From a bacterium (GTDB lineage Bacteria; Vulcanimicrobiota; Vulcanimicrobiia; Vulcanimicrobiales; SCRA01): a DNA stretch of 64,000 nucleotides. The stretch spans positions 28,941 through 92,940 of the forward strand of contig SCRA01000017.1 of assembly GCA_004297985.1 (NCBI GenBank), written 5' to 3'. The notes beneath the pieces are model-generated. The model saw nothing but the letters and a program-made list of their open reading frames with translations, ran no database searches and was not told where the DNA came from. The translations under genes and the position numbers were made by a program. Shown here piece by piece: positions 15,921 through 25,040 of this stretch; position 1 is the first letter of the stretch, and the number at the start of each line of letters is the position of its first letter.

Positions 15921-17024
15921 GTGGATCGCCCGTGGTACCGTTCCTATAACTTCGTCCTGGCCGGCATCTGCGTCCTCATCACGCTGGTGGGCGTGCTCTT
16001 CATCCACTCTGCCACGCTGCACGATCCAAGCGCGTCGAGCGAGGCCAAGAAACAGGGCCTCTATCTGATCGCCGGCATCGGCGTGATGATCGGCTTCTCC
16101 GCGATCGACTATCACTGGTGGAAGAAGGCGGCGCCGTATCTCTACGCGCTCAACTTGATTCTGCTGGGCATCGTGCTCGCCAAGGGGCAGTCGGCGTTGG
16201 GGGCCCAGCGCTGGATATCCCTCGGTCCGCTGGGCACCTTCCAGCCTTCGGAGTTCGCCAAGTTCTTCATGGCCGTCACGCTCGCGGCGATGCTCTCCGA
16301 GGAGCGCAAGTACGACAAGCTGCGGGATCTGGTCAATCCGCTCTTCACGCTGGCCTTCCCCGCCCTCTTGGTGGTGAAGCAGCCCGACCTCGGGACCACG
16401 CTCGTGTTGGGCGCCATCTTCACCACGCAGCTCTTCTTCGGGCTGGACAACCTGCGCGTCTTCGCCGTCTACCTGGCCGGGGTCGTCGCGACCGCGGCCT
16501 TTACGGTCGGCACGTCCTTCGTGCTCAAGCCTTTCCAGCGCGCTCGCCTGCTGGTTTTCCTCAACCCCAAGGCCGATCCGCAGGGCGCGGGCTGGAATCT
16601 CAATCAATCGAAGATTGCCGTGGGCGACGGCCAGCTCCTGGGGCGCGGCCTCTTCCACGGCTCGCAGACCCAGCTCAACTTCGTGCCCGAGCACTCGCGC
16701 GACTTCATCTTCACCGTTCTGGCCGAGGAGACGGGCTTTATCGGCGCGGCGGCGCTGCTCGCCGCCTACGCCGTCGTGCTCTGGGGCGGTATCGCCGCCG
16801 TGGCCAGCGCACGCGACAAGTTCGGCGTGCTGCTGGCCGCGGGCTTGGTGGCGATGTTCGCCTTCCACGTGATGGTCAACGTCGGGATGACCATCGGCAT
16901 CATGCCGATCGCCGGCATCCCGCTCCCGTTCATGAGTTTCGGCGGCTCGGCGCTGATCACCAACTTCATGGCGATCGGCGTGCTGTTGAATATCTATCTC
17001 CAGCGCCACCGCCTGGTGTTCTAG
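15921..17024 (+). CDS. rodA: SEDS-family peptidoglycan polymerase RodA (FtsW/RodA/SpoVE family)
   Basis: It is a multi-TM protein with family motifs (QPSEFAKFF, DLGTTLV, GIPLPFMSFGGSALI). The gene follows the min cluster. Confidence 0.9.
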   Translation: MDRPWYRSYNFVLAGICVLITLVGVLFIHSATLHDPSASSEAKKQGLYLIAGIGVMIGFSAIDYHWWKKAAPYLYALNLILLGIVLAKGQSALGAQRWISLGPLGTFQPSEFAKFFMAVTLAAMLSEERKYDKLRDLVNPLFTLAFPALLVVKQPDLGTTLVLGAIFTTQLFFGLDNLRVFAVYLAGVVATAAFTVGTSFVLKPFQRARLLVFLNPKADPQGAGWNLNQSKIAVGDGQLLGRGLFHGSQTQLNFVPEHSRDFIFTVLAEETGFIGAAALLAAYAVVLWGGIAAVASARDKFGVLLAAGLVAMFAFHVMVNVGMTIGIMPIAGIPLPFMSFGGSALITNFMAIGVLLNIYLQRHRLVF

Positions 17025-17234
17025 CCTCGCACCCCACGCATCACGTCGCGAGGTGCTCGCGAATCGTGAATGCATGTTGCGAGGTGCTCGCGAAGGGGTT
17101 TCCGGAGCGAGCGGAGCCACGGATGGCGAGAGCGAGTGAGGCTTTGAGCGCGCCGAAGCGTGATGCGCAGGCGCGCGACCCCGGAGCCGAGCACCCCGTA
17201 ACGTGCGACGTCGAGCCTCGCACCTCGCGGGGTG
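17023..17234. repeat. Structured GC-rich intergenic repeat element, copy A
   Basis: It lies between the convergent rodA and SBP genes. GCGAGGTGCTCGCGAA occurs twice (17048, 17079) with an inverted GCACCTCGC at 17220. AGCCTCGCACC occurs at both ends (17023, 17214). The core at 17138-17179 matches 51291-51331 at about 37 of 43 hand-aligned positions. Confidence 0.6.
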
Positions 17235-18383
17235 CTACTCCTTGATCACCGCCCACTTGCCGTCCTTGACTTCGGTCATGTGCAGCGACTCGATGGTGAT
17301 CCCATTGTGGTCTTTGTTGGTAAGCTTGAAGAGCGCCGTCGTGCCGTGGTAGGGCTTCATCGTCTCCCATGCCTTGACGATCGAGGGTCCGTCGGTCTTT
17401 CCGCCGTTGGTCTGCGCCGCGAACTGGAACAGGTGCGCGGCGTCCCAAGCGAAGGAGGCGAAGTTGTTTGGCGGCGCCTTGAACTCGTTGCGGTAGAGGC
17501 TGATGAAGTGTTCCTGCACCGCATCGGGTGAGGTGGTGTTCAGATCGGTGTCCGAGTAGACGCCTTCAGCGTCCGGGCCGGCGACGCGGATGAAGTTCTG
17601 CGAGAGGATGCCCGTCGCGCCGATGATGTGCACCTTGAGCTTGAGCTGGCGAATCTGGCGCGTGGCGATCGCCGGTGCCTCGGAGGCGCCCCACAGGAAG
17701 ACCGTGTCGGCGCCGCTCTGCTGGACCTTCAAGAGTTGCGGGGTGAGGTCGCTGGCCGTGGTCGGATATTGCTCCTCGTCGACTACCGTGAGGCCGTCCT
17801 GTTTCGCACGCTCGGCCAACAGCTTATGGCCGATCTGGCCGTAGGGGTTCTCGTCGTAGAGGATCGCGATCTTCTTGGCGCCCAGCCGGTCCTTGGCGAA
17901 GAGCGAGAGCTTCGCCGTCTCCAGCTCGTTGCGCGGCACCGACTGGAAGAGATAGGGCGCGATGCCGCGCTTGGTCTCCCAGAGCTGCGCCGTGGGCGTC
18001 ATGAAGATCTCCGGGACCTGCGCCGCCTCGGCCACGCGGTAGGCCGCTTGGGTATTGGCGGTGAGCGTGCCGCCGATGATGCCGATCACATGCTGGGAGA
18101 TCAACTGCGTGGCGAGCAGGGAGGAGACGTCGGGCTTCCCCTCGTCGTCCATGATGACGATCTTCACCGGGTGCCCGGCGATGCCGCCCGTCGCATTGAT
18201 GTCGCGCTCGGCGGCCTGCAGCGCGTTGCGCTCAGGCTCGCCCAGCGGCGCGAACGGTCCCGAGATGGAGAGGATGGCGCCGATCGTCACCGGAGTCCCC
18301 GACGGCGCGGCGGCGCCTGCGGGGGAGATGGCGAGGGCTGCGGCGGCGATAGCCGCGAGCGTTGCAAGAAGACGAATCCGCAT
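17235..18383 (-). CDS. Branched-chain amino acid (Liv-type) ABC transporter substrate-binding protein
   Basis: A signal peptide (MRIRLLATLAAIAAAALAISPAGAAA) follows ATG 18383 behind GGAG. The type I PBP pattern is present (IGAILSISGPFAPLGEPERNALQAAERDINATGGIAGHPVKIV). The remaining 362 upstream codons of the ORF track are spurious. Confidence 0.85.
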   Translation of the reverse strand: MRIRLLATLAAIAAAALAISPAGAAAPSGTPVTIGAILSISGPFAPLGEPERNALQAAERDINATGGIAGHPVKIVIMDDEGKPDVSSLLATQLISQHVIGIIGGTLTANTQAAYRVAEAAQVPEIFMTPTAQLWETKRGIAPYLFQSVPRNELETAKLSLFAKDRLGAKKIAILYDENPYGQIGHKLLAERAKQDGLTVVDEEQYPTTASDLTPQLLKVQQSGADTVFLWGASEAPAIATRQIRQLKLKVHIIGATGILSQNFIRVAGPDAEGVYSDTDLNTTSPDAVQEHFISLYRNEFKAPPNNFASFAWDAAHLFQFAAQTNGGKTDGPSIVKAWETMKPYHGTTALFKLTNKDHNGITIESLHMTEVKDGKWAVIKE

Positions 18384-18503
18384 GAGGGAATGACTCCTTT
18401 CACTCGTGCGTTTACCAAAACGCCGATGAGGCGTGTGCTGTTTCCAGGGAGGACGGAACGACGCCTCTCCCTCGCGAAGCACCCGCGCTGTGGAGCGCTC
18501 CGT

Positions 18504-19388
18504 GTGATCGTCTTCGTCTTGCAGCTCGTGGTCGCCGGCCTGACCGTAGGCAGTGCCTACGCGCTCGTGGCGCTGGGCTATCACGTGATCCTGCGCGCCA
18601 CGCGCGCGATCAATTTCTCGCAGGGCGAATTCGTGGTGCTCGGCGGCCTCGTCGCCTATACGATCGTGCACGTGCTGCACGCCTCGCCGTGGATCGGTTT
18701 GATCGGCGCAACGGCCGCAGGCTTCGCGCTGGGCTGGGTCTACGAGCGCATCGTGCTGCGCCCGGCGGCGCGCAACGGCGACATCGCCGTGATCATCGCC
18801 ACCATTGGCTGCGTCTACATTCTGCTCTACGGCCATGCGTTGATCTGGGGCAGTCTTCCCCAGCCGTTGGCGCCTTTCACGGGGGCACAGGGGCAAGCGA
18901 TCCATCCCGGCGGCGTGGCGATCCAGGAGCAGAGTCTGTGGGTCTTTGCGCTGCTCGCGCTGGCGTTCGCCGCGTTGTGGCTGCTCTTCGATCGCACGAC
19001 CTTCGGCAAGGCGATCCGCGCCGCCGCCGTCAACCCCGTCGGGGCACAGCTCGTCGGCATCGACGTCAACGCGGCTCGCGCGGCGAGCGTAGGGATCGCA
19101 ATCGCGCTGGCGGCCTTCGGCGGAACGCTGATCGGCCCCATCACGCTGGTCGGCGGGACGGCGGGGATCGCCATCGCCATCAAAGGATTCGTAGGTGCCG
19201 TCGCGGGCGGGCTCGACTCGCCGATGGGCTGTGCGGTCGGCGGATTGGCCGTCGGCGTGATCGAGAAGCTCCTGGCGGGGTGGCTGCCGTATCAGGCCGT
19301 CGATCCCGTCGTCTACGCGCTGCTGCTGCTCGTGCTCATCGTTCGTCCGCAGGGTCTGTTCGGGCGCAAGGATGCGGTGCGCGATTGA
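18504..19388 (+). CDS. livH: Branched-chain amino acid ABC transporter permease (LivH-type)
   Basis: The start is GTG 18504 behind GGAG. The LivH pattern is present (LQLVVAGLTVGSAYALVALGYHVILRATRAINFSQGEF ... VRPQGLFGRK). Confidence 0.9.
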   Translation: MIVFVLQLVVAGLTVGSAYALVALGYHVILRATRAINFSQGEFVVLGGLVAYTIVHVLHASPWIGLIGATAAGFALGWVYERIVLRPAARNGDIAVIIATIGCVYILLYGHALIWGSLPQPLAPFTGAQGQAIHPGGVAIQEQSLWVFALLALAFAALWLLFDRTTFGKAIRAAAVNPVGAQLVGIDVNAARAASVGIAIALAAFGGTLIGPITLVGGTAGIAIAIKGFVGAVAGGLDSPMGCAVGGLAVGVIEKLLAGWLPYQAVDPVVYALLLLVLIVRPQGLFGRKDAVRD

Positions 19389-21208
19389 TCGAGCGTCTGC
19401 GGCGCGACGTGCGCGCACTCCCCGTGATCGCCCTTGCGGTGATCGCGTACGGTATCGTAGCGCATGCATCGGCCTTCGCGCTCCAAGTGGGGACGTATGC
19501 GGGGATCTTCGCGACCGGCGCCATCGGGCTCTCGCTGCTGCTGGGCAACTCCGCGCAGATCTCGCTGGGTCAGGCGGGCTTTTTCGCGCTGGGTGCCTAT
19601 GCGGTGGCGTGGCTCACCACTAGCGCGGGCTGGAGCTTCATCCCCGCGGCCGCGGTAGGCGTCGTCGCGGCGACCGTCGTGGGCCTGGGGGTCGGCCTCA
19701 TCGCGCTGCGCTTCGCGGGGCACTACCTCGCGATGGCGACGCTGGCGTTTGGATTGATCGTCTACGGCGTCTTCAGTCAGCTCGACGCCTTCGGCGGCGT
19801 GAATGGGATCACGGACATCCCGCCTATCGACATCTTCGGGCACGCGCTCTCCAACGCGCACGCGTACTGGTTTGCGTGGCTGGCAGCGGCGCTCTGCGCG
19901 TGGGCCACGTGGAATCTGCTGCGCTCGCGTACGGGGCGCGCCTTCGCGGCGCTCTCAGGCGATCCGCTCGCCGCCGAGGTAGCCGGCGTCCCCGTGAAGC
20001 GCTATAAGCTCTTGGCCTTCGCGTATGCCGGCGCGCTGGCAGGGCTCTCGGGTGCGCTCTACGCCGGCTACTTGGGTCTCGTGATACCTGCGGCGATGGG
20101 CGTCCAGCTCTCGATCGACTTCCTGCTCATGGCCGTTCTCGGCGGCTCCGGCAACATCTCGGGGGCGTTGATCGGCGCGGCGCTGGTGGCCGGGCTCGAC
20201 GTCGCGGGGCACACATGGGAGAATTGGCGGCTGGTTGCCTACGGCGTGCTGGTGGTCTGCGTCGTCATCTTCTTCCCAGGCGGGCTGGCGGGGATCTACG
20301 TGCGGCGCGGGCGCTCGAGGCGCGAGGCGGAGAGGGATGGATTCGCGCAGGCTGCCGCCGGCGCGGGTACGCATGCGGAGGCGCCGCGCGAACGCAGTGT
20401 ACCGGCGGCGGCGCAGGGGGAGAGCCCGCTGCGCATCGAGCGCGTACGAAAGCGCTTCGGTGGTCTGGTGGCCGTGCACGACGTGAGCTTCACGCTTGAA
20501 GCGGGCCGGCTGACCTCGCTGATCGGGCCGAACGGCGCGGGGAAGACCACGCTCTTCAACGCCATCTCCGGCGTCAGCGCGCCCAGCGCGGGAGAGATCG
20601 TCATCAGAGGGCGTTCCGTCACGGGCTGGCCGGCACATCGCATCGTGGCGCTCGGCGTGGGACGCAGCTTTCAGAACGCTCGGCTCTTCGCCGATCTCAC
20701 CGTGCTGGAGAACGTTGTGCTTGGCGCTTTCCGGCGCGAACGGTCGGGCTTCGTGGCCGATCTGCTGGCGCTGCGCTCCGCTCGGCACGACGAGCGTGAG
20801 GCGGTGGAGCGCGCACGCGCGACGCTGCGCGATCTCGGTTTGGAACGGCGCGCCGGCGTCTACGCGCGAGACCTCACCTTCGGCGAGCGCCGCCGCGTCG
20901 AGTTGGCACGCGCCGTCGTCTCCGACCCCTGGCTGCTGCTCTTGGACGAACCCGCTGCGGGGCTCAACGCCGCCGAGCGCGCGACGCTGCGCCGCGATGT
21001 GCTGGACCTGCGTTCGCACGGCGTGACGATGCTCTTGATCGAGCACGACATGCGCTTGGTGATGTCGATCAGCGATCGCGTGCTGGTGTTGAACTTCGGA
21101 GAGCTGATCGCCGACGGTACTCCGGAAACGGTGCGTAACGACCCTGCAGTGATCGCCGCGTATCTCGGCGACGAGCGGGCGGCCGGCGACATGAGGAGCG
21201 AGGCGTGA
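19385..21208 (+). CDS. Fused LivM-type permease / LivG-type ATP-binding protein
   Basis: This is a single frame with no stop. The permease part (LLLGNSAQISLGQAGFFALGAYAVAWL) and the NBD (GPNGAGKTTLFN, LLLDEPAAGLN, IEHDM) are joined by a ~40-aa linker. The TTG start overlaps the livH stop. Confidence 0.8.
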   Translation: MIERLRRDVRALPVIALAVIAYGIVAHASAFALQVGTYAGIFATGAIGLSLLLGNSAQISLGQAGFFALGAYAVAWLTTSAGWSFIPAAAVGVVAATVVGLGVGLIALRFAGHYLAMATLAFGLIVYGVFSQLDAFGGVNGITDIPPIDIFGHALSNAHAYWFAWLAAALCAWATWNLLRSRTGRAFAALSGDPLAAEVAGVPVKRYKLLAFAYAGALAGLSGALYAGYLGLVIPAAMGVQLSIDFLLMAVLGGSGNISGALIGAALVAGLDVAGHTWENWRLVAYGVLVVCVVIFFPGGLAGIYVRRGRSRREAERDGFAQAAAGAGTHAEAPRERSVPAAAQGESPLRIERVRKRFGGLVAVHDVSFTLEAGRLTSLIGPNGAGKTTLFNAISGVSAPSAGEIVIRGRSVTGWPAHRIVALGVGRSFQNARLFADLTVLENVVLGAFRRERSGFVADLLALRSARHDEREAVERARATLRDLGLERRAGVYARDLTFGERRRVELARAVVSDPWLLLLDEPAAGLNAAERATLRRDVLDLRSHGVTMLLIEHDMRLVMSISDRVLVLNFGELIADGTPETVRNDPAVIAAYLGDERAAGDMRSEA

Positions 21209-21939
21209 GCGTACCGCTGCTCGAGGTACGAGGCCTGTGTGCGGGCTACGGTGAGCTAGGCGTCCTGCACGGCGTCGACCTCCGCGTCGGCGCCGGTGAG
21301 ATGGTCGCCGTGCTGGGCGCGAACGGCGCGGGGAAGACCACGCTGCTGCGCGCGATCTCGAAGGTGGAGGCGGCGCCGCGGGCGGGGAGCGTCGTCTTCG
21401 ACGGTGTCGATCTGGCCTCGCTCGCTCCGCAGCGCATCGTGAGACTCGGGCTCTCGCAGATCCCAGAGGGGCGCCAGCTCTTCGGCGAGCTCTCCGTCGA
21501 CGACAATCTGCGCCTGGGCGCCTACCGGCGTGGACGCACCGAACGAGACGAGAGCCTCCGCCGCGCGTACGCTCTTTTCCCGTCGCTAGCAACGCGGCGC
21601 GCCAACCCGGCCGCCTCGCTCTCCGGCGGCGAACAGCAGATGCTGGCGATTGGACGTGCGCTGATGGCACGACCGACGTTGCTGATGCTCGACGAGCCGT
21701 CCACGGGGCTGGCGCCGCGCGTCGTCGAGCAGATCTTCGCCATCCTCGCGCGGCTGCGATCCGAGGGAACGGGCATCCTGCTCGTGGAGCAGAATGCCTT
21801 CCTCGCGTTGCGCTACGCCGATCGCGCCTACGTGATGGCGGAGGGCGGCGTAGCACTCGAGGGGAGCGCGCGCGACCTCGCCGCCGATGAGAGCGTGCGG
21901 CGCATCTATCTGGGCGCCGCGCTCGACGAGGAACGTTGA
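21205..21939 (+). CDS. livF: Branched-chain amino acid ABC transporter ATP-binding protein (LivF-type)
   Basis: It has GANGAGKTTLLRAIS, LSGGEQQMLAIGRAL and LMLDEPSTGLAP. The GTG start overlaps the upstream stop. Confidence 0.9.
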   Translation: MSVPLLEVRGLCAGYGELGVLHGVDLRVGAGEMVAVLGANGAGKTTLLRAISKVEAAPRAGSVVFDGVDLASLAPQRIVRLGLSQIPEGRQLFGELSVDDNLRLGAYRRGRTERDESLRRAYALFPSLATRRANPAASLSGGEQQMLAIGRALMARPTLLMLDEPSTGLAPRVVEQIFAILARLRSEGTGILLVEQNAFLALRYADRAYVMAEGGVALEGSARDLAADESVRRIYLGAALDEER

Positions 21940-21959
21940 GCAGACGAATGGGAGGTACT

Positions 21960-22391
21960 ATGGACGATTCTTTTGTCTCGCGAAACCAGTTGCGGCTCAC
22001 CTGCAAAGGTGCGCACGTGGTCGTGCATGCCGCCGAGAAGCACGCCGCGGCGATGAGCGTGCCGCAGTGCATCGCAGTCGTCGATCCCGGCGGCCACCTG
22101 CTGGCGTTCTCGCGCATGGACGGTGCGCGCATCGGCTCGATCGAGATCGCGCTGACCAAAGCGCGTACGGCGGCCACGCGCCTCCAGCGCTCGGGGGACG
22201 TCGGGGGAACCAGCGACTCCGGCAAAGTGAGCATCGCGCTGGCCTCGCAGTTGAATCTGACGGGCATGGCCGGCGGCATCCCCATCGTCGTCGAGGGCCA
22301 GGTCCTTGGCGCCGTAGGCGTCTCGTCGGGGAAGGCTGAGCAGGACGTCGAGGTGGGAGAGGCGGGCATCGCCGCGCTGTTGGACGGCTGA
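21960..22391 (+). CDS. GlcG/HbpS-like (DUF336) heme-binding family protein
   Basis: The family pattern is present (AVVDPGGHLLAFSRMDGARIGSIEIALTKARTAA ... GIPIVVEGQVLGAVGVSSG). ATG 21960 lies behind GGGAGG. Confidence 0.75.
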   Translation: MDDSFVSRNQLRLTCKGAHVVVHAAEKHAAAMSVPQCIAVVDPGGHLLAFSRMDGARIGSIEIALTKARTAATRLQRSGDVGGTSDSGKVSIALASQLNLTGMAGGIPIVVEGQVLGAVGVSSGKAEQDVEVGEAGIAALLDG

Positions 22392-22416
22392 GCGTCTTGG
22401 TTACGCGCGGATGTGA

Positions 22417-22442
22417 AGAGGGGCGGCCACGGCCGCCCCTCT
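22417..22442. terminator. Bidirectional GC-rich hairpin between convergent genes
   Basis: AGAGGGGCGGCC-AC-GGCCGCCCCTCT forms an 11-bp effective stem with a 4-nt loop. It lies between the GlcG-like gene (ends 22391) and the SGNH gene (ends 22467). Confidence 0.65.
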
Positions 22443-22466
22443 CGCGTGTTGCGTAGGTGTCCCGTG

Positions 22467-23894
22467 TTAGTGCGGGGCCCAGGGGTCGGTGGCGTAGGCC
22501 GCGCCTACGTTCACCGGCGGAATCGTCAGGCTGAACTTCTGGTCGATCGCCGCAATCCAGGTGTTGGCGACCAGCGCGTAGCCCGTGTTCGACGGATGGA
22601 GACCGTCGAAGCTGAAGATGCCGCCGCCGAACTGCGTGCTGCAGCACTTGGGTGGGTTGATCGGCACGGCGCCCACCTGGAAGAGCTGGTTGAAGGTTCC
22701 GTAGATGTCGACGAGCGCCGCACCCGTGGCCTGGGCATCGGCGGAGATCGCCGCGTTCAACGCTGTGAGCTGCTGCTCGGTGGCGGCGGCGATGGCGTCG
22801 GGGACGAAGTCGCCCGGAGCGAGCACCGGCGCCGTTTTCGGCAGACCGAGCGCGATCTTCTGCAGCCCGCTGGCGGTGATGTAGCCGTTGGCCCCCACGG
22901 CGTACGTCGATTGGAGCGACGCCTGGATGGCGGGCGTGACCGCCCCCGCGACCGGCGCCGGGACGCCGGCGCTGATCAGCGCCGCCTGCAGACCCGGCTG
23001 CGGGATGAAGGCCGGGGCCTTCAGCGGATCGAGCAGGTTGGCCACGGCCACCTTCGCCCCTGCCTGCTGCAGCTGCTGGATGATCGAGAGGATATCCGCC
23101 TGGAACTGCTGCGGCGAAGTCGGGTTCACTTGTCCCAGCGAGCCGATGAACTTCAACAGCTGGTTCTCACCGAACCAGACCGTGGCGAGCGTCGGGTGGA
23201 GCGAGACGGCCGCCTGCACCGCCGTCTTGCCGGGGAAGTTGCCCAGCACCGGATAGAAATTGAGGCTCTCCGAACCCAACAGCGTGGCCAGCATGTCGAG
23301 TTGCCCCTGCTGCGGGCTGGTGGGCGGCGGGATCGTGCACGCGCTCTGATACGGCCCCGTCATGAAGAGCGCTTCGTGCGCCATCATGCCCGGAACGGCG
23401 AGATCGAACGGCGTAACGCTGGGATTGGCGCGCGTCTGCAGCGCCGAGCTCAACGCAAAGGCGGCGGCGTTGTTCTGACTGCCGGCACCCGCGCACGGCT
23501 GCAGCGGGTAGCTCGTGAACTGCGTGGGCGTTGCCCCGGGGATGATCATCGCCCCCAGCGGAGCGCCCGCGATCAGTGGCAACGGCGCATTCTGCGCGGG
23601 AGCGCTGTTGGCCGAGGCCCACAGTTGGGCCCACCATCCAGCCTCCTGCGTGGGCGGGAGCGCGGGGAAGAGCGAGCCGGTGACGGGCACGGGCGCGCCG
23701 AGCAGCGCGCCGGATTGCTCTCCGGCGGTGAGGCTGTCACCCAGGCCCACGATGTTGGTGGTCGCGGGCGAGCCCGCGGGCGGCGTCAGCGGGGAGTAGG
23801 CGGTGTTCGCCGTTCCGCCGCCGCCGCCGCAGGCACTGAGCGCGAACGCGAGCGCTGCGGCCGAGGCCAGGGAGAGTGTAGGACGCAACTTCAT
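22467..23894 (-). CDS. SGNH/GDSL-family hydrolase lipoprotein
   Basis: It has a lipobox (ALSAC), block I (GLGDSLTAGEQSG) and block V (FDGLHPSNTGY). The RBS GGGAGG lies upstream. Confidence 0.8.
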   Translation of the reverse strand: MKLRPTLSLASAAALAFALSACGGGGGTANTAYSPLTPPAGSPATTNIVGLGDSLTAGEQSGALLGAPVPVTGSLFPALPPTQEAGWWAQLWASANSAPAQNAPLPLIAGAPLGAMIIPGATPTQFTSYPLQPCAGAGSQNNAAAFALSSALQTRANPSVTPFDLAVPGMMAHEALFMTGPYQSACTIPPPTSPQQGQLDMLATLLGSESLNFYPVLGNFPGKTAVQAAVSLHPTLATVWFGENQLLKFIGSLGQVNPTSPQQFQADILSIIQQLQQAGAKVAVANLLDPLKAPAFIPQPGLQAALISAGVPAPVAGAVTPAIQASLQSTYAVGANGYITASGLQKIALGLPKTAPVLAPGDFVPDAIAAATEQQLTALNAAISADAQATGAALVDIYGTFNQLFQVGAVPINPPKCCSTQFGGGIFSFDGLHPSNTGYALVANTWIAAIDQKFSLTIPPVNVGAAYATDPWAPH

Positions 23895-23912
23895 CTTTGA
23901 GAGCCTCCCTGG

Positions 23913-25040
23913 TTAGAACGGCAGCACGCTAGGCGTGCCGATGCCGAACTGGAGCTGAATCTGAGTCGCGTGGAGACCACCCGCGGTGATCGCCTGGTTC
24001 GTGCACGATGGTACGATCTGCTGGCAGTAGATGCCGGTGAGTCCGTACGGCTTGTAGTTGGACGGACCGCCGGAGTTGAGCACGGCCTGTACGAACGTGT
24101 TGCGCGTCAGGCGATGCGAGATTCCCAAGAAATACGCGTTGAGATGCTGTGCGTAGACGTCGGCAGGCAGATAGTCGCGCGACGACTGCGGCTCGAAGAA
24201 GATCGTCGTGCGGTCGGTTGGGCGATACTCCAGGTAGAGAATCGAGTAGAACTGCGCCTTGTTCTCTTGATTGAGGCCTGCCCGGTGCACCAGCCACGAC
24301 GGAGCCACCGTGAACGTGCCGAACATCTTCGGCGTCGAGAGGAACGGCACCGTCACGGCAAGCGCCTGCACCTGCGCCGTGCGGGCCTGGATCTGCAGCG
24401 GGAAACCGTTGGCCTCCACGGTCTGCGTATCGTTGGGGCCGCCGATCATCGAGGTACGGCTGACGTACGTCGGCGTGATCACGATCGGCAGCTTGTGGGC
24501 GATCGTGACGAGATGCTCCAGCATCAACAGCGTGAACTTGTCCTTGGTCGCGACGTCGATGCCGGCCTGCGAGAGGTCTTGCGTGCCGATGGGGTTGGCT
24601 ACGCCCTGCACGTAGACGGGTACCACGCCGTTGTTGAAGCCCAGTGGGTAGTGCTGGACTTCGTAGTATGCAGCTTCGGCGCGCAGCGTCGGCGAGAACC
24701 CGTAGGCGAACATCGCGTCGAATCCGCCTGGAAGCTTGTCGCTCGCGCCCGTGTTCCCAAGAGACCATGCCGCCGAGAAATCGGCCATATACGTCCAGCC
24801 GATGGGGAGCCCGGTCTGAGCGGGTGCCTTAGCGGGCTGCTGGATGGGCGGAACCTGCGCGACGTCGGCATCGTGCTGTTTCCGTTCGCGGATAGCGGTC
24901 TTGATCGCGCTATTGGCTGAGGGAACGAGCTGACTGCCGAGGACCGATCCCATGCCGGGATCGGCGGCGGCCGGGAGGGCCGCACAGAGGACGCCCAACA
25001 GCGCGAGTGGGGCTGTCCGGCCGAGGAACCTTCGTAGCAT
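23913..25040 (-). CDS. Outer-membrane beta-barrel protein (porin-like, putative)
   Basis: It has a signal peptide (MLRRFLGRTAPLALLGVLCAALPAAA), beta-strand-rich sequence and a terminal ...GIGTPSVLPF. The RBS is GGAGAGAG. It lies directly upstream of the SGNH gene. Confidence 0.65.
   Translation of the reverse strand: MLRRFLGRTAPLALLGVLCAALPAAADPGMGSVLGSQLVPSANSAIKTAIRERKQHDADVAQVPPIQQPAKAPAQTGLPIGWTYMADFSAAWSLGNTGASDKLPGGFDAMFAYGFSPTLRAEAAYYEVQHYPLGFNNGVVPVYVQGVANPIGTQDLSQAGIDVATKDKFTLLMLEHLVTIAHKLPIVITPTYVSRTSMIGGPNDTQTVEANGFPLQIQARTAQVQALAVTVPFLSTPKMFGTFTVAPSWLVHRAGLNQENKAQFYSILYLEYRPTDRTTIFFEPQSSRDYLPADVYAQHLNAYFLGISHRLTRNTFVQAVLNSGGPSNYKPYGLTGIYCQQIVPSCTNQAITAGGLHATQIQLQFGIGTPSVLPF

Noticed and set aside
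17041-17448. ORF-track ORFs running through the intergenic repeats (17041-17448 on the minus strand, 31907-32299 on the minus strand, 51086-51355 on the minus strand, and several + strand ORFs). I considered them as a possible repeated small-protein family.
   Set aside because: The only shared peptide is the few residues translated from the conserved nucleotide core. Frames and lengths differ, there are no RBSs, and similarity is better at the DNA level, including in the inverted orientation. They are non-coding repeats.
18689-19384. The upstream 232 codons of the 839-aa ORF that contains livM-livG.
   Set aside because: This stretch lies fully inside livH in another frame and encodes an Arg-rich sequence. 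The permease sequence only begins at the TTG that overlaps the livH stop.
18384-19469. N-terminal extensions of ORF-track entries that overshoot the real genes. They are: the SBP at 17235 (744 aa listed), the SBP at 25177 (587 aa), the UbiA-family gene (468 aa), the DUF697-like gene (468 aa), rpsO (309 aa), the UbiD-family gene (590 aa) and the M48 gene (770 aa).
   Set aside because: In each case an internal start with an RBS and/or a signal peptide gives a protein of canonical length. The upstream part is low-complexity and overlaps a neighbouring gene or promoter.
19955-22369. An 804-aa minus-strand ORF across livM/G, livF and the GlcG-like gene.
   Set aside because: It is antisense to three well-supported genes. 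Its product is extremely Arg/Pro/Ala-rich, which is a shadow-ORF signature.
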